Assembly (NCBI RefSeq): GCF_963921235.1
Contig: NC_086108.1
Coordinates: forward strand, 32,304,001 to 32,368,000
Reading direction: 5' to 3'
DNA: 64,000 nucleotides
DNA from: Mobula hypostoma
Taxonomy: Eukaryota
In this document: positions 24,827 to 37,651 of the stretch, one piece after another
Numbering within the stretch: position 1 is the first letter of the stretch
Layout of the letters: each line of letters begins with the position of its first letter
Notes under the pieces: generated by a model
The model's input: only the letters and a program-made list of their open reading frames with translations
What the model was told of the DNA's origin: nothing
The model's database searches: none
Position numbers and translations under genes: made by a program

Positions 24827-25900
24827 TAGGGGACAAGCTCTCCTCTACAATCACTCTGAGCACCGGTGCCCCACAAGGCTGTGTACTCAGCCCCCCGCTG
24901 TACTCACTGTACACCCATGATTGTGTAGCCAAGTTTCCATCAAACTCAATATATAAGTTTGCTGATGACACAACAATTGTACGCCGTATCTTGGGTAATG
25001 ATGAGTTTGAGTACAGAGAGGAAATTAAGAACCTGGTGGCATGGTGCGAAGACAATAACTTCTCCCTCAACGTCAGCAAGACGAAGGAATTGGTTGTTGA
25101 CTTCAGAAGGAGTAGCGGACCGCACGACCCAATTTACATCGGTGGTGCGCAAGTGGAACAGGTCAAAAGCTTCAAGTTCCTCGGGGTCAATATCACAAAT
25201 GACCTGACTTGGTCCAACCAAGCAGAGTTCACTGCCAAGAAGACCCACCAGCGCCTTTACTTCCTGAGAAAACTAAAGAAATTTGGCCTGTCCCCTAAAA
25301 TCCTCACTAATTTTTATAGATGCACCATAGAAAGCATTCTTCTAGGGTGCATCACAACCTGGTATGGAAGTTTTCCCGTCCAAGACCGAAAGAAGCTGCA
25401 GAAGATCGTGAACACAACGCAGCACATCACACAAACCAATCTTCTGTCTGTGGACTCACTTTACACCGCATGCTGTCGGAGCAGTGCTGCCAGGATAATC
25501 AAGGACACGACCCACCCAGCCAACACACTTTTTCGACCCTCTTCCCTCCGGGAGAAGGCTCAGGAGCTTGAAGACTCGTAAGGCCAGATTTGGAAACAGC
25601 TTCTTTCCAACTGTGATAAGACTGCTGAACGGATCCTGACCTGGATCTGGGCCGTACCCTCCAGATATCAAGACCTGCCTCTCGGTTTTTTTGCACTACC
25701 TTACTTTCCATTTTTCTATTTTCTATTTATGATTTATAATTTAAATTTTTAATATTTACTGATTTTTACTATTTTTAATAATTTTAATATTTAATATTTG
25801 TAATCCAGGGAGTGGGAAGCGCAGAATCAAATATCGCTGTGATGATTGTACGTTTTAGTACCAATTGTTCGGCGACAATAAAATATAAAGTATAAGGTAT
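24827..25900 (+). mobile_element. Rex1/Babar-like LINE, 5'-truncated young copy
   Basis: [12 protein letters not shown] and YKFADDTT RT motifs, ORF 24991-25581, (aaagtat)n-like tail. Highly similar to 63483-64000. Confidence 0.88.
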
Positions 25901-27170
25901 TGGGGAATTGTCAATACTTTAAACTTCTTTAATACACATGAATGTCAAGGAATACATTGTTCATTTTCCCCAGATGAATTTCATGGGATTGCTAGTTTGT
26001 CAAGTTCTTCCACACAAGATTAATATATACAAAGATGAACCTTAATGAGATTTACCCAGACTTCCTAACCAACTGCTTTTACCGATCAAGGTCTGCAGCA
26101 AAATTATTCCTCATACTTGGTCTTTTGATTCAGCTGTCAAAGGCTCTGTACTCGGCAATTTGTGTTTTTTCTCTCTCTCTCTCTCTCTCTCCCTCCCTCC
26201 CCCTCCCCCTCCCCCCCACCTCCCCATCCCCCCCTCTCCCCCTCGTTGGTGGGTGAGAGATTGTTGCCAATTCTCAGCTCATAGAACTCGGGAGAAAAAA
26301 AGTGGCACAATAGATTTTTTAACACCTTGAATCAGCGAGTTGTTTTGTTGTCTCCCCTCTCGCTGTGAAAGGGAACACATCTCTTTCCCTTTTTGAGGGG
26401 GAGAGAGAGCCTGCAGCATATCAAATTGTTGGGTGAACAATTAGTTTTGTTGTACTGCGGATCATGGCCTTTATTGGGGGCCTTGCTATTGCATTCTTGG
26501 TGGGTGGAGAGTGCTGATCCCATTTTGCTGAAGTGGGTAGGGGTGGAGGAGGGTCATTACTTTGCTGCTGCTTGTGCATGGGAGGGGTTATAAGGGGGCT
26601 TTGGGTTCTAACATTTGAACTGTCACTCATTCTTTAGGGCACTCTTCTGTTTTTGTCATGGTCCGGTCCGTGAAGTCTGTGTTCCAGTTCACAGTCCAGT
26701 CCGTGGTCTCTGGACTCCAGGTCTTCCAGCTGTCCCTTGTTTCAGTTGGGCTTAATCATAGGCACCTGATGCTCATCTTGTGGCTGGGAATATAAGTGGC
26801 CCGGGTTTCGAGTGTGGGTGTTCGTCTTGTCAGTACCCTGTCCTTGCCTCTGTTGGGTAAGCAATGCTGTCTTTGCCATTACCCTGAGGCTCGACTGTGC
26901 CCTTCCCTTCACCTTCCTCCTGAGGCCTTGCCTGAAGCCTTGGCTGAAGACATGCTTGTATCGCTATCAAGTTCTACTGCTGGAGCAAGACTGGAGCCTT
27001 GCTGTGTCTAGATAAGGAACTGTGTATCATTGTTTGGAACTGTCTCTGTGTCCACGCCTTCGCTAGGTAGGTCTGGCCGTTTGCCACTACCTTGTGTTGG
27101 ATATTGTCTCTCTGTGTTCTGTGTATAAGTCCCAGCCCTATGTCCTGTTCCCAAGGAGGGGTCCTGGCCC

Positions 27171-27385
27171 TGTGTTCTACGTTCCTGTCTCCCAAGACCA
27201 AGGCTCTGTGTTCTGCGTTCCTGTCTCCCAAGTCCAAGGCTCTGTGTTCTGCGTTCCTGTCTCCCAAGACCAAGGCTCTGTGTTCTGCGTTCCTGTCTCC
27301 CAAGACCAAGGCTCTGTGTTCTGCGTTCCTGTCTCCCAAGACCAAGGCTCTGTGTTCTGCGTTCCTGTCATCCCAAGTCCAAGAC
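27171..27385. repeat. 36-bp tandem repeat (~6 copies) inside the solo LTR
   Basis: Unit tgtgttctgcgttcctgtctcccaagaccaaggctc. Confidence 0.92.
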
Positions 27386-27794
27386 TCGGCTGTTCCTGAG
27401 TACCAAGTCAAGGCTTCATGTGCCTCGTCCTGTCCATGTGTTTCGTTCTGTGCTGGAGTTCCCTTGCCTTGCCCAGGGGGTGTCTCATTCTGTCCTGTAG
27501 CCTCACCTAGTTCTGTCTCCCAAGACCACGTCATGTCTTTGCCTAGATCCAGAGTCCGAGCCTGAGTCAAGACCCAGGTTCTGGGTCCTTGTCCAGTCTC
27601 TGGCTTGGAGTCCAAACCCAAGCCTCGTCTTGTCCTCACCTCAGAGTACCCAAGCCATGAAGTACCCAAGCCACGTCCTGTCCTATAGCCACGTCATGTC
27701 CTTGCCTAGTTCCGGGGTCCGAGCCCGAGTCGAGACCCAGGTTCTGGGTCCTTGTCCAGTCTCCGGCTCGGAGTCCAAGCACAGGCTCCTAACA

Positions 27795-29105
27795 CAGGTT
27801 TCCCCCGCCATACGAAGGTAGAGCATTCCTATGAAACGGTTCATAAGCCGGAATGTCGTAAAGTGAAGAAGCAATTACCATTTATTTATATGGGAAAAAT
27901 TTGTGAGCGTTCGCAGACCCAAAAAATAACCTACTAAATCATGCCAAATAACACATAAGACCTAAAATAACAGTAACATATAGTAAAAGCAGGAATGATA
28001 TGATAAATACACAGCCTATATAAAGTAGAAATTCTTTTCTGCAATCATTGCTGTACTGTCCACCACTGTAGCGAAAATCTCATGCGAGCACTCTCAGCAG
28101 AAACACTCTCTCCAGTAACCTTTAAGCTATGAAGCTGCCAAATCATACCAAATAACACAAAAATACACAGCCTATATAAAGTAGAAATAATGTATGTACA
28201 GTGTAGTCTCACTTACCGGAATCAGGAAGACAGCGAGCACACTATGATGGTGTGTTAGGCTAAGTCATCGGAGGTTGGGGTGGTGGGACACTGGGGTGTC
28301 ATCTCATCATCATCTGTTTCCATCAGGGCAGGCAGGTCCATCTTCTATGTCTGCCTGCCTCGACGTCGAAGGTCGAGGTTCGCCATCTGCTGTGGCTGAT
28401 GTGGAAGGCTTGAAAAACGACAGTATGCTTGACTGCTTAGCCTCGCGCATTTTTCTATTGTGCAGTTCTCTGCAAGCACTCAAACCATCCTGCAAATATG
28501 CCCTAAACCTACGTACTCTTTCAAAATTAAAGTCGTATTTTTCTGCAATCATTGTTGTCAATTGCAGTGAAAGTCTCATGCAGTTGCTTCACGTTCAGTT
28601 CCTGGACAACTTCACTTTCAGTCCGTTCGCTACTGCATTCGGTTTTGATTGTTATCCTTTCCTCTTCCAATTGCATCAGCTCTTCATTTATCAGTTCTTG
28701 GTCATGGGATGCCAAAACCTCTTCAACATCATCTTCGTCGACTTCCACAAGCCAACTCACTTTGTCCTTACTTCGTTCACCACGATCGAAACGCTTATTC
28801 TGTCTAGTTTTACGCTAAGTGTAACACCCTTACGAGCTCTTTTAGGCTTTTCCAATACCTTAGAGCTCACTTTGCTAATGGATGCTCAAAATAAATCGAC
28901 ATAAAGCACAGATGCTCTCAGGCATGTGTTTAAGCAATGCCGGCTAGAATGCAGTTCCGGGGGAGGAGTGCGCTGCTCAGGGCACACGCTGCCTTTCTTC
29001 GTAACAAGGAAAACACCTTCTGTTAGCGAAAACAGGTAACTAATGTAGGTCCTTCATAACAGTGAGGTGTCGTAAAGCGAATGTTTGAAAAGTAGGGGGC
29101 ACCTG
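27795..29105 (-). mobile_element. Internally deleted Tigger/pogo transposon
   Basis: TIRs caggtttcccccgc / gtagggggcacctg, followed by TA on the right. The minus strand encodes an N-terminal KRARKGVTLSVKLD (psq-type HTH) joined to a C-terminal EDDVEEVLASHDQELINEEL. No DDE core is visible. Confidence 0.82.
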
Positions 29106-31338
29106 TACCCAGTTCTTTGTCCTGGTCCCGCTTGCCTAGCCAATGTCATAGTCTAAGTCTGTGTTCTTGTCCCAGCTCTCTAGTCAAGTCCTGTTGCTAG
29201 TACTTCAGTGTCTGTGTCTTGCATTTGGGTCCGCCATCAATGCCCACCTTATGACAGTTTTTGTGGATGTCTGCAAAGAAAAAGAATTTCAAGGTGCATA
29301 TTGTATACATTTCTCTGATATGAAATGGAGCTAATGAATTAATCACCACACATCCCAGTGCCAACACAACAAAAACAAAACAACCCCCTTACCCACCCTC
29401 CCACACACTCACATGCACAGACAAGCCTCCAACCCGGAACAGTTTGCCTCTGAACCTCCAGTCCCTGGCCTTCGACTTGTTGATATACAGACCTCCAACC
29501 CTGGACTCCCAAACTATCACAGGTCACTGATCTTCATCCTCAGCACCTGTCGACCCGACCTCTGGAATTGCTGTCCTTCAACTGTGGAGTGTTCAAACCT
29601 GCCTGTGACTCTCCATTTACTGCCCCTGACCTCTAACTCTCCCTCATCCCTTCCTAAACCCTAACCTGACTCATGACTCCTGACATCCCCATGCTGTCCT
29701 TAAAACCATTCCTTCAGACCTAAAACCAACTAAGTCTGAGACACGACTTCAGCAGACAACGTTTAAACGTCCATTGAATGTTGAATCTTGAAGGATCATT
29801 CACATGTCCTTTTAAACTGATCTTGAGTGTTCTAACTTATTTTAAAGCATTTAAAATCTCTTGGAAATATTGTTTTCATTTCAGTAATAACACCCATGAA
29901 TGAAAAACTACGCACTCCTTCAGACCCACTCCCAACCCCTCATGTTAATCATCCTTTGCCATCAGTAAGTGTGTTCCAAGGTTAGAGCAGCCAGGCCTAG
30001 TGCAGGGACTGGCTCTAGTCTTGCCCAGATGTATGCCCAATAGTCACTCTGCATCACTGATTTGTACTCTTCTTCAAGATCTGTTTTTCTGTAGTGATGG
30101 TCATTATGATTTTGCATTCAACAAGAACAACAGATGCTGGAAAAAAAAGGTGGTGCTAGAAATGTACTCAAGGGTTTAACATCAAATGAAAAGAAATTCT
30201 GAGGGAGTCACCTGCCTTTCTCAATTTGTTTGAAGCCTGGCTAGTATTTTATTGTCATAATCTAACACACAGAAGGAAGCCATCCATCTCTATGCCTGTA
30301 ATGGGCTTTTCATGAAGTAAATATCCCTTTAGTTCTACTTCCCTGCCTTTTCCCCAAAGCCCTGTAATTTTCTGCAGCTGGATTTATTGCTTTTCTTTTA
30401 CAATATTGCTGTTGAATCTGGATCCAATACCTGTTTGATCTGCACATTCCAGGTCATCATCACTATCTGCACAAAACAAGTATCCTCAGTTGCTTCTTGG
30501 TTCACCTGATGATGCCTCCGATCTGCTCCCATTGGCAACTGCCAATAAGATCAATCTCTCATTACTTTGTCTATCAAAGGAATTGATTTACTTTGTAATT
30601 TTGAATACCTACATTAAATTTCCTTCTAATCCCCCTTGTATCCATTGAGTTTTTCCTTATTTTGTAGCTATAGTAGTCTGTTCAAATGAGAGCATTTTCT
30701 AGAGATCATTGTCTATTTCATAACTTACTCCTTGAGTGTGTAATGTTTGGAATTATTACCCAGAACAATAAATGTTCACCATGCAAATTAGACTGGCATG
30801 TATGTGGGAGAACAGTCACTGATTAACAGCACAATCCTTAAGATTCAATAGCCCTGTATCATCTGATTTGAGAAATTACTGACTTCCCCTTAAGAGGTAT
30901 TCTGGTCTCTGTCATAATATTGTTGAAGTATGAAATGCCTTGCCACAGACAATCTCATGAAGTTTCTAAAACCCCACACCTCATACATTAAATGATGTTG
31001 ATGATCTTGCATTACTGACAAGAAGGTATTTTCTCCCTTTCACCTAAAAGATCTCTCATGTTTTCTCTTGTCATTCCACTCCTGTAGAATGACATTTCAA
31101 ATCCTTCCTCACAGCTAATGAACCTAAGATTTTCTGCGTTTTAGTGCATGCTTCATATTGCCCTTCTTAAACCGGGGAAGCCAGAGGAGCCACATAATAT
31201 TTCAATGCTAATCTAACCAATAGGCTGAATATTACCAGAGTGACACTCCTCTCAATGTAGGTGATTGGTCTGATATCTTTCTGTGCCTTTCAGCTCTGCC
31301 CTGCTTGCATCATACTGTGGCCACAAGGGACTGCAGAT

Positions 31339-31492
31339 TTTTTTAAAATTTCAAAATATACTTTATTCAAAAATAATTATGTACAATAAACCATTCAATA
31401 ACTTTTCATCTTTTACATACGTTTCCATTATACACAGTACATATCCGTATTTATAGCCACCCACGTGGCACTCCAGTAGTTCAGCTGGAGTA
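31339..31492 (-). mobile_element. Short polyadenylated retroposed 3' fragment
   Basis: 11-bp TSD ggactgcagat (31328-31338 / 31493-31503). The minus strand has AATAAA followed about 20 nt later by an A-tract. Confidence 0.65.
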
Positions 31493-31539
31493 GGACTGCA
31501 GATGCTGGAGTTGTGGGCGTACTCCACCCAAGCAACACA

Positions 31540-34157
31540 TAACACTAAGGGGCAGAAAACGCTGGTGGGAGTTGTGTACAGGCCACCTAACAGTAGTAGT
31601 GAGGTCAGGGGTGGTATTAAACAGGAAATTAGAAATGTGTGCAATAAAGAAACAGCAGTTATAATGGGTGACTTCAATCTACATGTAGAATGGGTGAACC
31701 AAATTGGTAAAGGTGCTGAGGAAGAGGATTTCTTGGAATGTATGCGGGATGGTTTTTTTGAACCAACATGTCGAGGAACCAACCAGAGAGCAGGCTATTC
31801 TAGACTGGGTTTTGAGCAATGAGGAAGGGTTAATTAGCAATCTTGTCGTGAGAGGCCCCTCGGGTAAGAGTGACCATAATATGGTGGAATTCTTCATTAA
31901 GATGGAGAGTGACATAGTTAATTCAGAAACAAATGTTCTGAACTTAAAGAGGGGTAACTTTGAAGGTATGAGACGTGAATTAGCTAAGATAGACTGGCAA
32001 ATGACACTTAAAGGATTGACGGTGGATATGCAATGGCAAGCATTTAAAGATTGCATGAATGAACTACAACAATTGTTCATCCCAGTTTGGCAAAAGAATA
32101 AATCAAGGAAGGTAGTGCACCCGTGGCTGACAAGAGAAATTAGGGATAGTATCAATTCCAAAGAAGAGGCATACAAATTAGCCAGAAAAAGTGGCTCACT
32201 TGAGGACTGGGAGAAATTCAGAGTTCAGCAGAGGAGGACAAAGGGCTTAATTAGGAAGGGGAAAAAAGATTGAGAGAAAACTGGCAGGGAACATAAAAAC
32301 TGACTGTAAAAGCTTTTATAGATATGTAAAAAGGAAAAGACTGGTAAAGACAAATGTAGGTCCCCTACAGACAGAAACAGGTGAATTGATTATGGGGAGC
32401 AAGGACATGGCAGACCAATTGAATAATTACTTTGGTTCTGTCTTCACTAAGGAGGACATAAATAATCTTCCAGAAATAGTAGGGGACAGAGGGTCCAGTG
32501 AGATGGAGGAACTGAGCGAAATACATGTTAGTAGGGAAGTGGTGTTAGGTAAATTGAAGGAATTAAAGGCAGATAAATCCCCAGGGCCAGATGGTCTGCA
32601 TCCCAGAGTGCTTAAGGAATTAGCCCAAGAAATAGTGGATGCATTAGTGATAATTTTTCAAAACTCGTTAGATTCTGGACTAGTTCCTGAGGATTGGAGG
32701 GTGGCTAATGTAACCCCACTTTTTAAAAAAGGAGGGAGAGAGAAACCGGGGAATTATAGACCAGTTAGCCTAACGTCGGTGGTGGGGAAACTGCTGGAGT
32801 CAGTTATCAAAGATGTGATAACAGCACATTTGGAAAGTGGTGAAATCATCGGACAAAGTCAGCATGGATTTGTGAAAGGAAAATCATGTCTGACGAATCT
32901 CATAGAATTTTTTGAGGATGTAACTGGTAGAGTGGATAGGGGAGAACCAGTGGATGTGGTATATTTGGATTTTCAAAAGGCTTTTGACAAGGTCCCACAC
33001 AGGAGATTAGTGTGCAAACTTAAAGCACACGGTATTGGGGGTAAGGTATTGATGTGGATAGAGAATTGGTTAGCAGACAGGAAGCAAAGAGTGGGAATAA
33101 ACGGAACCTTTTCAGAATGGCAGGCAGTGACTAGTGGGGTACCGCAAGGCTCAGTGCTGGGACCCCAGTTGTTTACAATATATATTAATGACTTGGATGA
33201 GGGAATTAAATGCAGCATCTCCAAGTTTACAGATGACACGAAGCTGGGCGGCAGTGTTAGCTGTGAGGAGGATGCTAAGAGGATGCAGGGTGACTTGGAT
33301 AGGTTGGGTGAGTGGGCAAATTCATGGCAGATGCAATTTAATGTGGATAAATGTGAAGTTATCCACTTTGGTGGCAAAAATAGGAAAACAGATTATTATC
33401 TGAATGGTGGCCGATTAGGAAAAGGGGAGGTGCAACAAGACCTGGGTGTCATTATACATCAGTCATTGAAAGTGGGCATGCAGGTACAGCAGGTGGTGAA
33501 AAAGGCGAATGGTATGCTGGCATTTATAGCAAGAGGATTCGAGTACAGGAGCAGGGAGGTTCTACTGCAGTTGTACAAGGCCTTGGTGAGACCACACCTG
33601 GAGTATTGTGTGCAGTTTTGGTCCCCTAATCTGAGGAAAGACATCCTTTCCATAGAGGGAGTACAGAAAAGGTTCACCAGATTGATTCCTGGGATGGCAG
33701 GACTTTCATATGAAGAAAGACTGGATGAACTGGGCTTGTACTCGTTGGAATTTAGAAGATTGAGGGGGGATCTGATTGAAACGTATAAAATCCTAAAGGG
33801 ATTGGACAGGCTAGATGCAGGAAGATTGTTCCCAATGTTGGGGAAGTCCAGAACGAGGGGTCATGGTTTGAGGATAAAGGCGAAGCCTTTTAGGACTGAG
33901 ATTAGGAAAAATTTCTTCACACAGAGAGTGGTGAATCTGTGGAATTCTCTGCCACAGGAAACAGTTGAGGCCAGTTCATTGGCTATATTTAAAAGGGAGT
34001 TAGATATGGCCCTTGTGGCTAGGGGGATCAGAGAGTATGGAGGGAAGGCTGGTGCAGGGTTCTGAGTTGGATGATCAGCCATGATCATAATAAATGGCGG
34101 TGCAGGCTCGAAGGGCCGAATGGCCTACTCCTGCACCTATTTTCTATGTTTTCTATG
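31540..34157 (+). mobile_element. Young CR1 LINE, 5'-truncated within the endonuclease
   Basis: Endonuclease motifs (GVVYRPP, MGDFN, SDH), full RT domain, 3' stem-loop ggtgcagg...cctgcacc and ttctatg tail. Frameshifts near 31755 and 32270. Confidence 0.95.
32386..34065 (+). CDS. CR1 ORF2 reverse transcriptase (open 559-aa segment, likely pseudogenic)
   Basis: Motifs KSPGPDG, NYRPVSLTS, LDFQKAFD, GVPQGSVLGP and FTDD (usually FADD). Confidence 0.85.
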   Translation: MIMGSKDMADQLNNYFGSVFTKEDINNLPEIVGDRGSSEMEELSEIHVSREVVLGKLKELKADKSPGPDGLHPRVLKELAQEIVDALVIIFQNSLDSGLVPEDWRVANVTPLFKKGGREKPGNYRPVSLTSVVGKLLESVIKDVITAHLESGEIIGQSQHGFVKGKSCLTNLIEFFEDVTGRVDRGEPVDVVYLDFQKAFDKVPHRRLVCKLKAHGIGGKVLMWIENWLADRKQRVGINGTFSEWQAVTSGVPQGSVLGPQLFTIYINDLDEGIKCSISKFTDDTKLGGSVSCEEDAKRMQGDLDRLGEWANSWQMQFNVDKCEVIHFGGKNRKTDYYLNGGRLGKGEVQQDLGVIIHQSLKVGMQVQQVVKKANGMLAFIARGFEYRSREVLLQLYKALVRPHLEYCVQFWSPNLRKDILSIEGVQKRFTRLIPGMAGLSYEERLDELGLYSLEFRRLRGDLIETYKILKGLDRLDAGRLFPMLGKSRTRGHGLRIKAKPFRTEIRKNFFTQRVVNLWNSLPQETVEASSLAIFKRELDMALVARGIREYGGKAGAGF

Positions 34158-37100
34158 AAGTGTGGGAGCAGCACCCTGACATACTGAGCTCCTCCATTCC
34201 TTGTGTGGTGCATCACAGTGTATTTTGACGCTAATGTTTTTGAACCCCTATTATTCAGCAGAGACTATCTTCCCTTTACTTATGAGGAGCTTTGTAAATT
34301 TGCATGCACATGAGACTTGATTTCTTTTCCCATGGTAAGCACAAAACATATTAGATTAGATTATGAGGACATGCAGTCCTGTTTTATTGTCATTTAGTAA
34401 TGCATGCATTAAGAAATGATACAATATTCCTCCAGTGTGATATCACGAAAACACAGGACAGACCAAGACTGAAAAACTGACAAAAACTACATAATTATAA
34501 CATAGTTACAACAGTGCAAGCAATACCATAACTTGATGAGGAACAGGCCATGGGAATGGTAAAAAAAAGTTCAAAGTCTCTCGAAAGTCCCACATCTCAC
34601 GTAGATGGGAGAAGGAAGAAGACTCTCCCTGCCATGCCCGACCACAGTCCAACTCTGAGTTGTCTGAAAACTTCGAGCCTCCGACCAGCCCTCCGACACC
34701 GAGCACCATCTCTGCTGAGCGCTTCGACCCCAGCCCCAGCCGCCAGCAGCAGGCAAAGCCAAGGATTTTGGGGCCTTCCCTCCGGAGATTCTCGATCGCA
34801 CAGTAGCAGTGGCAGCGAACCGGACATTTCAGAAGTTTCTCCAGATGTTCCTCCATGCTTCTCATGTCTGTCTCCATCAAATCAGAATTGTGCATGGCAT
34901 CCTACTTACAAATACGGTATCATTTCACCGGAGAGCCGGGTGCTCTGCGTTGCGCTGCCATCTTCTCCTCCCACCTCTATTAATCAAGAACATAAGGAAA
35001 TCAGAGCAAGAACAGAGCACTGGACCCCTCAAGCCTGTCCCCCCATTCAATATGATCAATACTCATCTGTCCCTGAGTTCAAGTCCTCCTTCTGTGGCTT
35101 TTCCATAAATCCCTCAATTCCCTTGTTCTTCAAGTGCCTACAGGATTCCAGCCTCCCACATGAGGTAGAGAATTTCTGAGATTCACCACCCTTTGTAAGA
35201 AGAAATAACTATGCACCTTAATGTTAAATAAATGCCCCCTCATCTGGCAATCATGTCACCTTATTTGAGACGGTTCCACTAATGGATGCATCCCTGCATC
35301 GACCCTATTATGCTCACTTCTGCTTCAATAAGATCACCTCTCATTCAGCTAAGCTCAAAGGATACCTGTCTAATTTTTTTTATAGTCATTCATGATAGGA
35401 CATCTCTCTCATCTCAGAGCTTTGCCCAATGTCTTGGGGGACTTTAAGGTTCATGGTGCATGCATTTCTGGATTCCAGTTACTCAGTTTTGTTTTGCTGT
35501 TTTGAGAGGTTTGATCATGGCGATCGATTTGAGCTGGGGAGCTTCAGCGAAGAATGGCTCATTGTGCAGCCTGCAGCGGGCTGGCGTGAGGTGCTGAAAT
35601 GAACTAAACTGAATAATACTGAACTCCTGGTTTGATGTTTCACGTTCTATGTGCCCTTCGTTCATTCGCTTTTTGCCATCTGTAAAAATGTGTTCTTTTT
35701 TCATATGTTGGGTGTTCGATGTTTTCTTGAATTGGTTCCATGGTGTTTCTTTGTTTCGTGGCTGCCTGTTGGAGGACGAATCGGAGAGATGTAATCTGCA
35801 TACATTCTTTAATAATAAACATACTTTGAATCTTCAAATCTCTTCTGTACTCCATCTAATTGTATTGGATCCATTCTTGAAATAAGGCAACCAAACTATA
35901 TACAGTATATGCAGTCTCACGAACACCAATACAGTTACAACATTTCTCTGTTTTTAAACTCCAACATCATAGCAATCAAAACCAATGTGTCATTGGCATT
36001 CTCAACTTCTTGTTGCACTTACCTGTGCAAGAACAGCACGTTCTCTTTGTACTCCACTCATTTGCAGCCTCGCTTCATTTAAAGAATTCCAAGGCAAAGA
36101 CAGACCACACTATGATCCCATCCATCGGGTTTAACTCAGCTCGGGTTTCCTCAGTGCCCCTCAGAACTGGTACTCTGAACTTTCAGCAGCCTCTGTGATG
36201 GGGATAACCTGAAGCTGTTGTAGTGTTACACGACTACATCAGTTGGAAAGGCAGTGCCTGCCATTTCTCTTTTTTTTTTTTAAGTCTTGCCAACTGCTTC
36301 TCAAGGCACTAAGCCCAAGAATTTTCAATGGAGCCATGAGCTTCTATGATCCAGCAAAAGAAGATCCTTTTATGCCCCAAGGGTGTTTAGAAAGAGCAAG
36401 TGTAAAGGAAATCACCTTGGCAGCAATCCTCTTGTTCAGTGCTGGGCAAAGTCAAAGAACTCCCTAGGGAAGTAAAGGTAATACATTATAAAGCAACATA
36501 CCACATTGATTCCTTGTTTCAGCATATCTTCTTGACAACCATGTTCCCCTCTAAGTGCTAAGTGGATGATCCACCTTAACTTCCTCTTGAAATCTCTGCC
36601 ATTGCAGAAGTCAATTTGATTCACTCCATTTGATATCACTTACAACCATAGCACCAAGATAACAATGTGGGAAATTATGCATAAAAGAACAGGACCAATC
36701 CATTTCGGCTAATTATTGTCAAATCAATGGCCTCTTGATCATTACCATTAAAATGGTAGAAGATATAGTCGACAGCAATGTCGGACGGCACTTACAAGCC
36801 AAGAACCTGCTCACTGATGGTCAGTTTGGGTTTCACCAGGACTGGTTTGGCCCAGATCTTCTCATGGCCTTGGTCAAAATCGGTGAACTGAATTCCAAAG
36901 GTGAAAGAGAGTCACAGTCCCTAACATCAAGGCAGGAGTTGACTGTGGTATCCAGGAACCCTGATAAACTGAACCAGTGGCCCTCAATGGGAAAACACTG
37001 TCATTGGTGTTAAAGTAAGAAGGCTGTGCCTATTATTTTAGCCTCAGGACATTAATGTGTTACTGAAGAGAGCTCAGATATCTTAGAGTTGTGAATGTTT

Positions 37101-37651
37101 GCTAATGATGTTCAATGCCACTCACCACTCGTCAGCAGATGAAACCCATGCCTACACACAGGAAGACCTAGACAATGTGATCATTAATAAGTAAGCTTAA
37201 TACCCCAAAAGTGGCAGACAATGACCAGTCCAAACACGAGGAAGACTAGGCAACAACTCTGTGAACTCAATTGCACTGACATCATTTGGCCCCTCATCAT
37301 CAATGCTCTGGGAACATGACAACTCAGCTGGACCATCCAATTAAATACCAAGACCAAAAGAACAAGTTAGAAGTTGGATATGCTGAGGAGATTGACTTAC
37401 CTCTTGAAAACCTAAGGCCTCTGCCATCTGCAAGGGGCAAGTCAGAAGTGTAATGGAATATATTCCATTTGCCTGGATCAGTGCAGCTTCAAAAATATTC
37501 AAGAATCTGGACACCACCCAGGACAAAACAGCCCAGTGAGTTGTGCGTTATGTGTATACCTAATAAAGACCTTCAGCTCCGAGTGTGCAGTGCAGGTAGT
37601 TCACCGGGAACCGGACGTGGCGTAGGGTGAGTTGGTGCCATGCGCTCATGT

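Larger units (their letters stand above)
26654..29256 (+). mobile_element. Solo LTR of a Gypsy-type element, interrupted by Tigger
   Basis: Termini TGTCAT...ATGACA, 5-bp TSD GTTTT (26649-26653 / 29257-29261), TATAAG at 26791. The 3' end resembles the LTR at 41447-41973. Confidence 0.82.

Noticed and set aside
26974..27669. Repetitive ORFs on both strands
   Set aside because: They are by-products of the 36-bp tandem repeat within the solo LTR.
34550..35179. 209-aa Ser/Pro-rich ORF
   Set aside because: It spans a GC-rich repeat-like segment and a reverse CR1 tail, with no recognisable domain.
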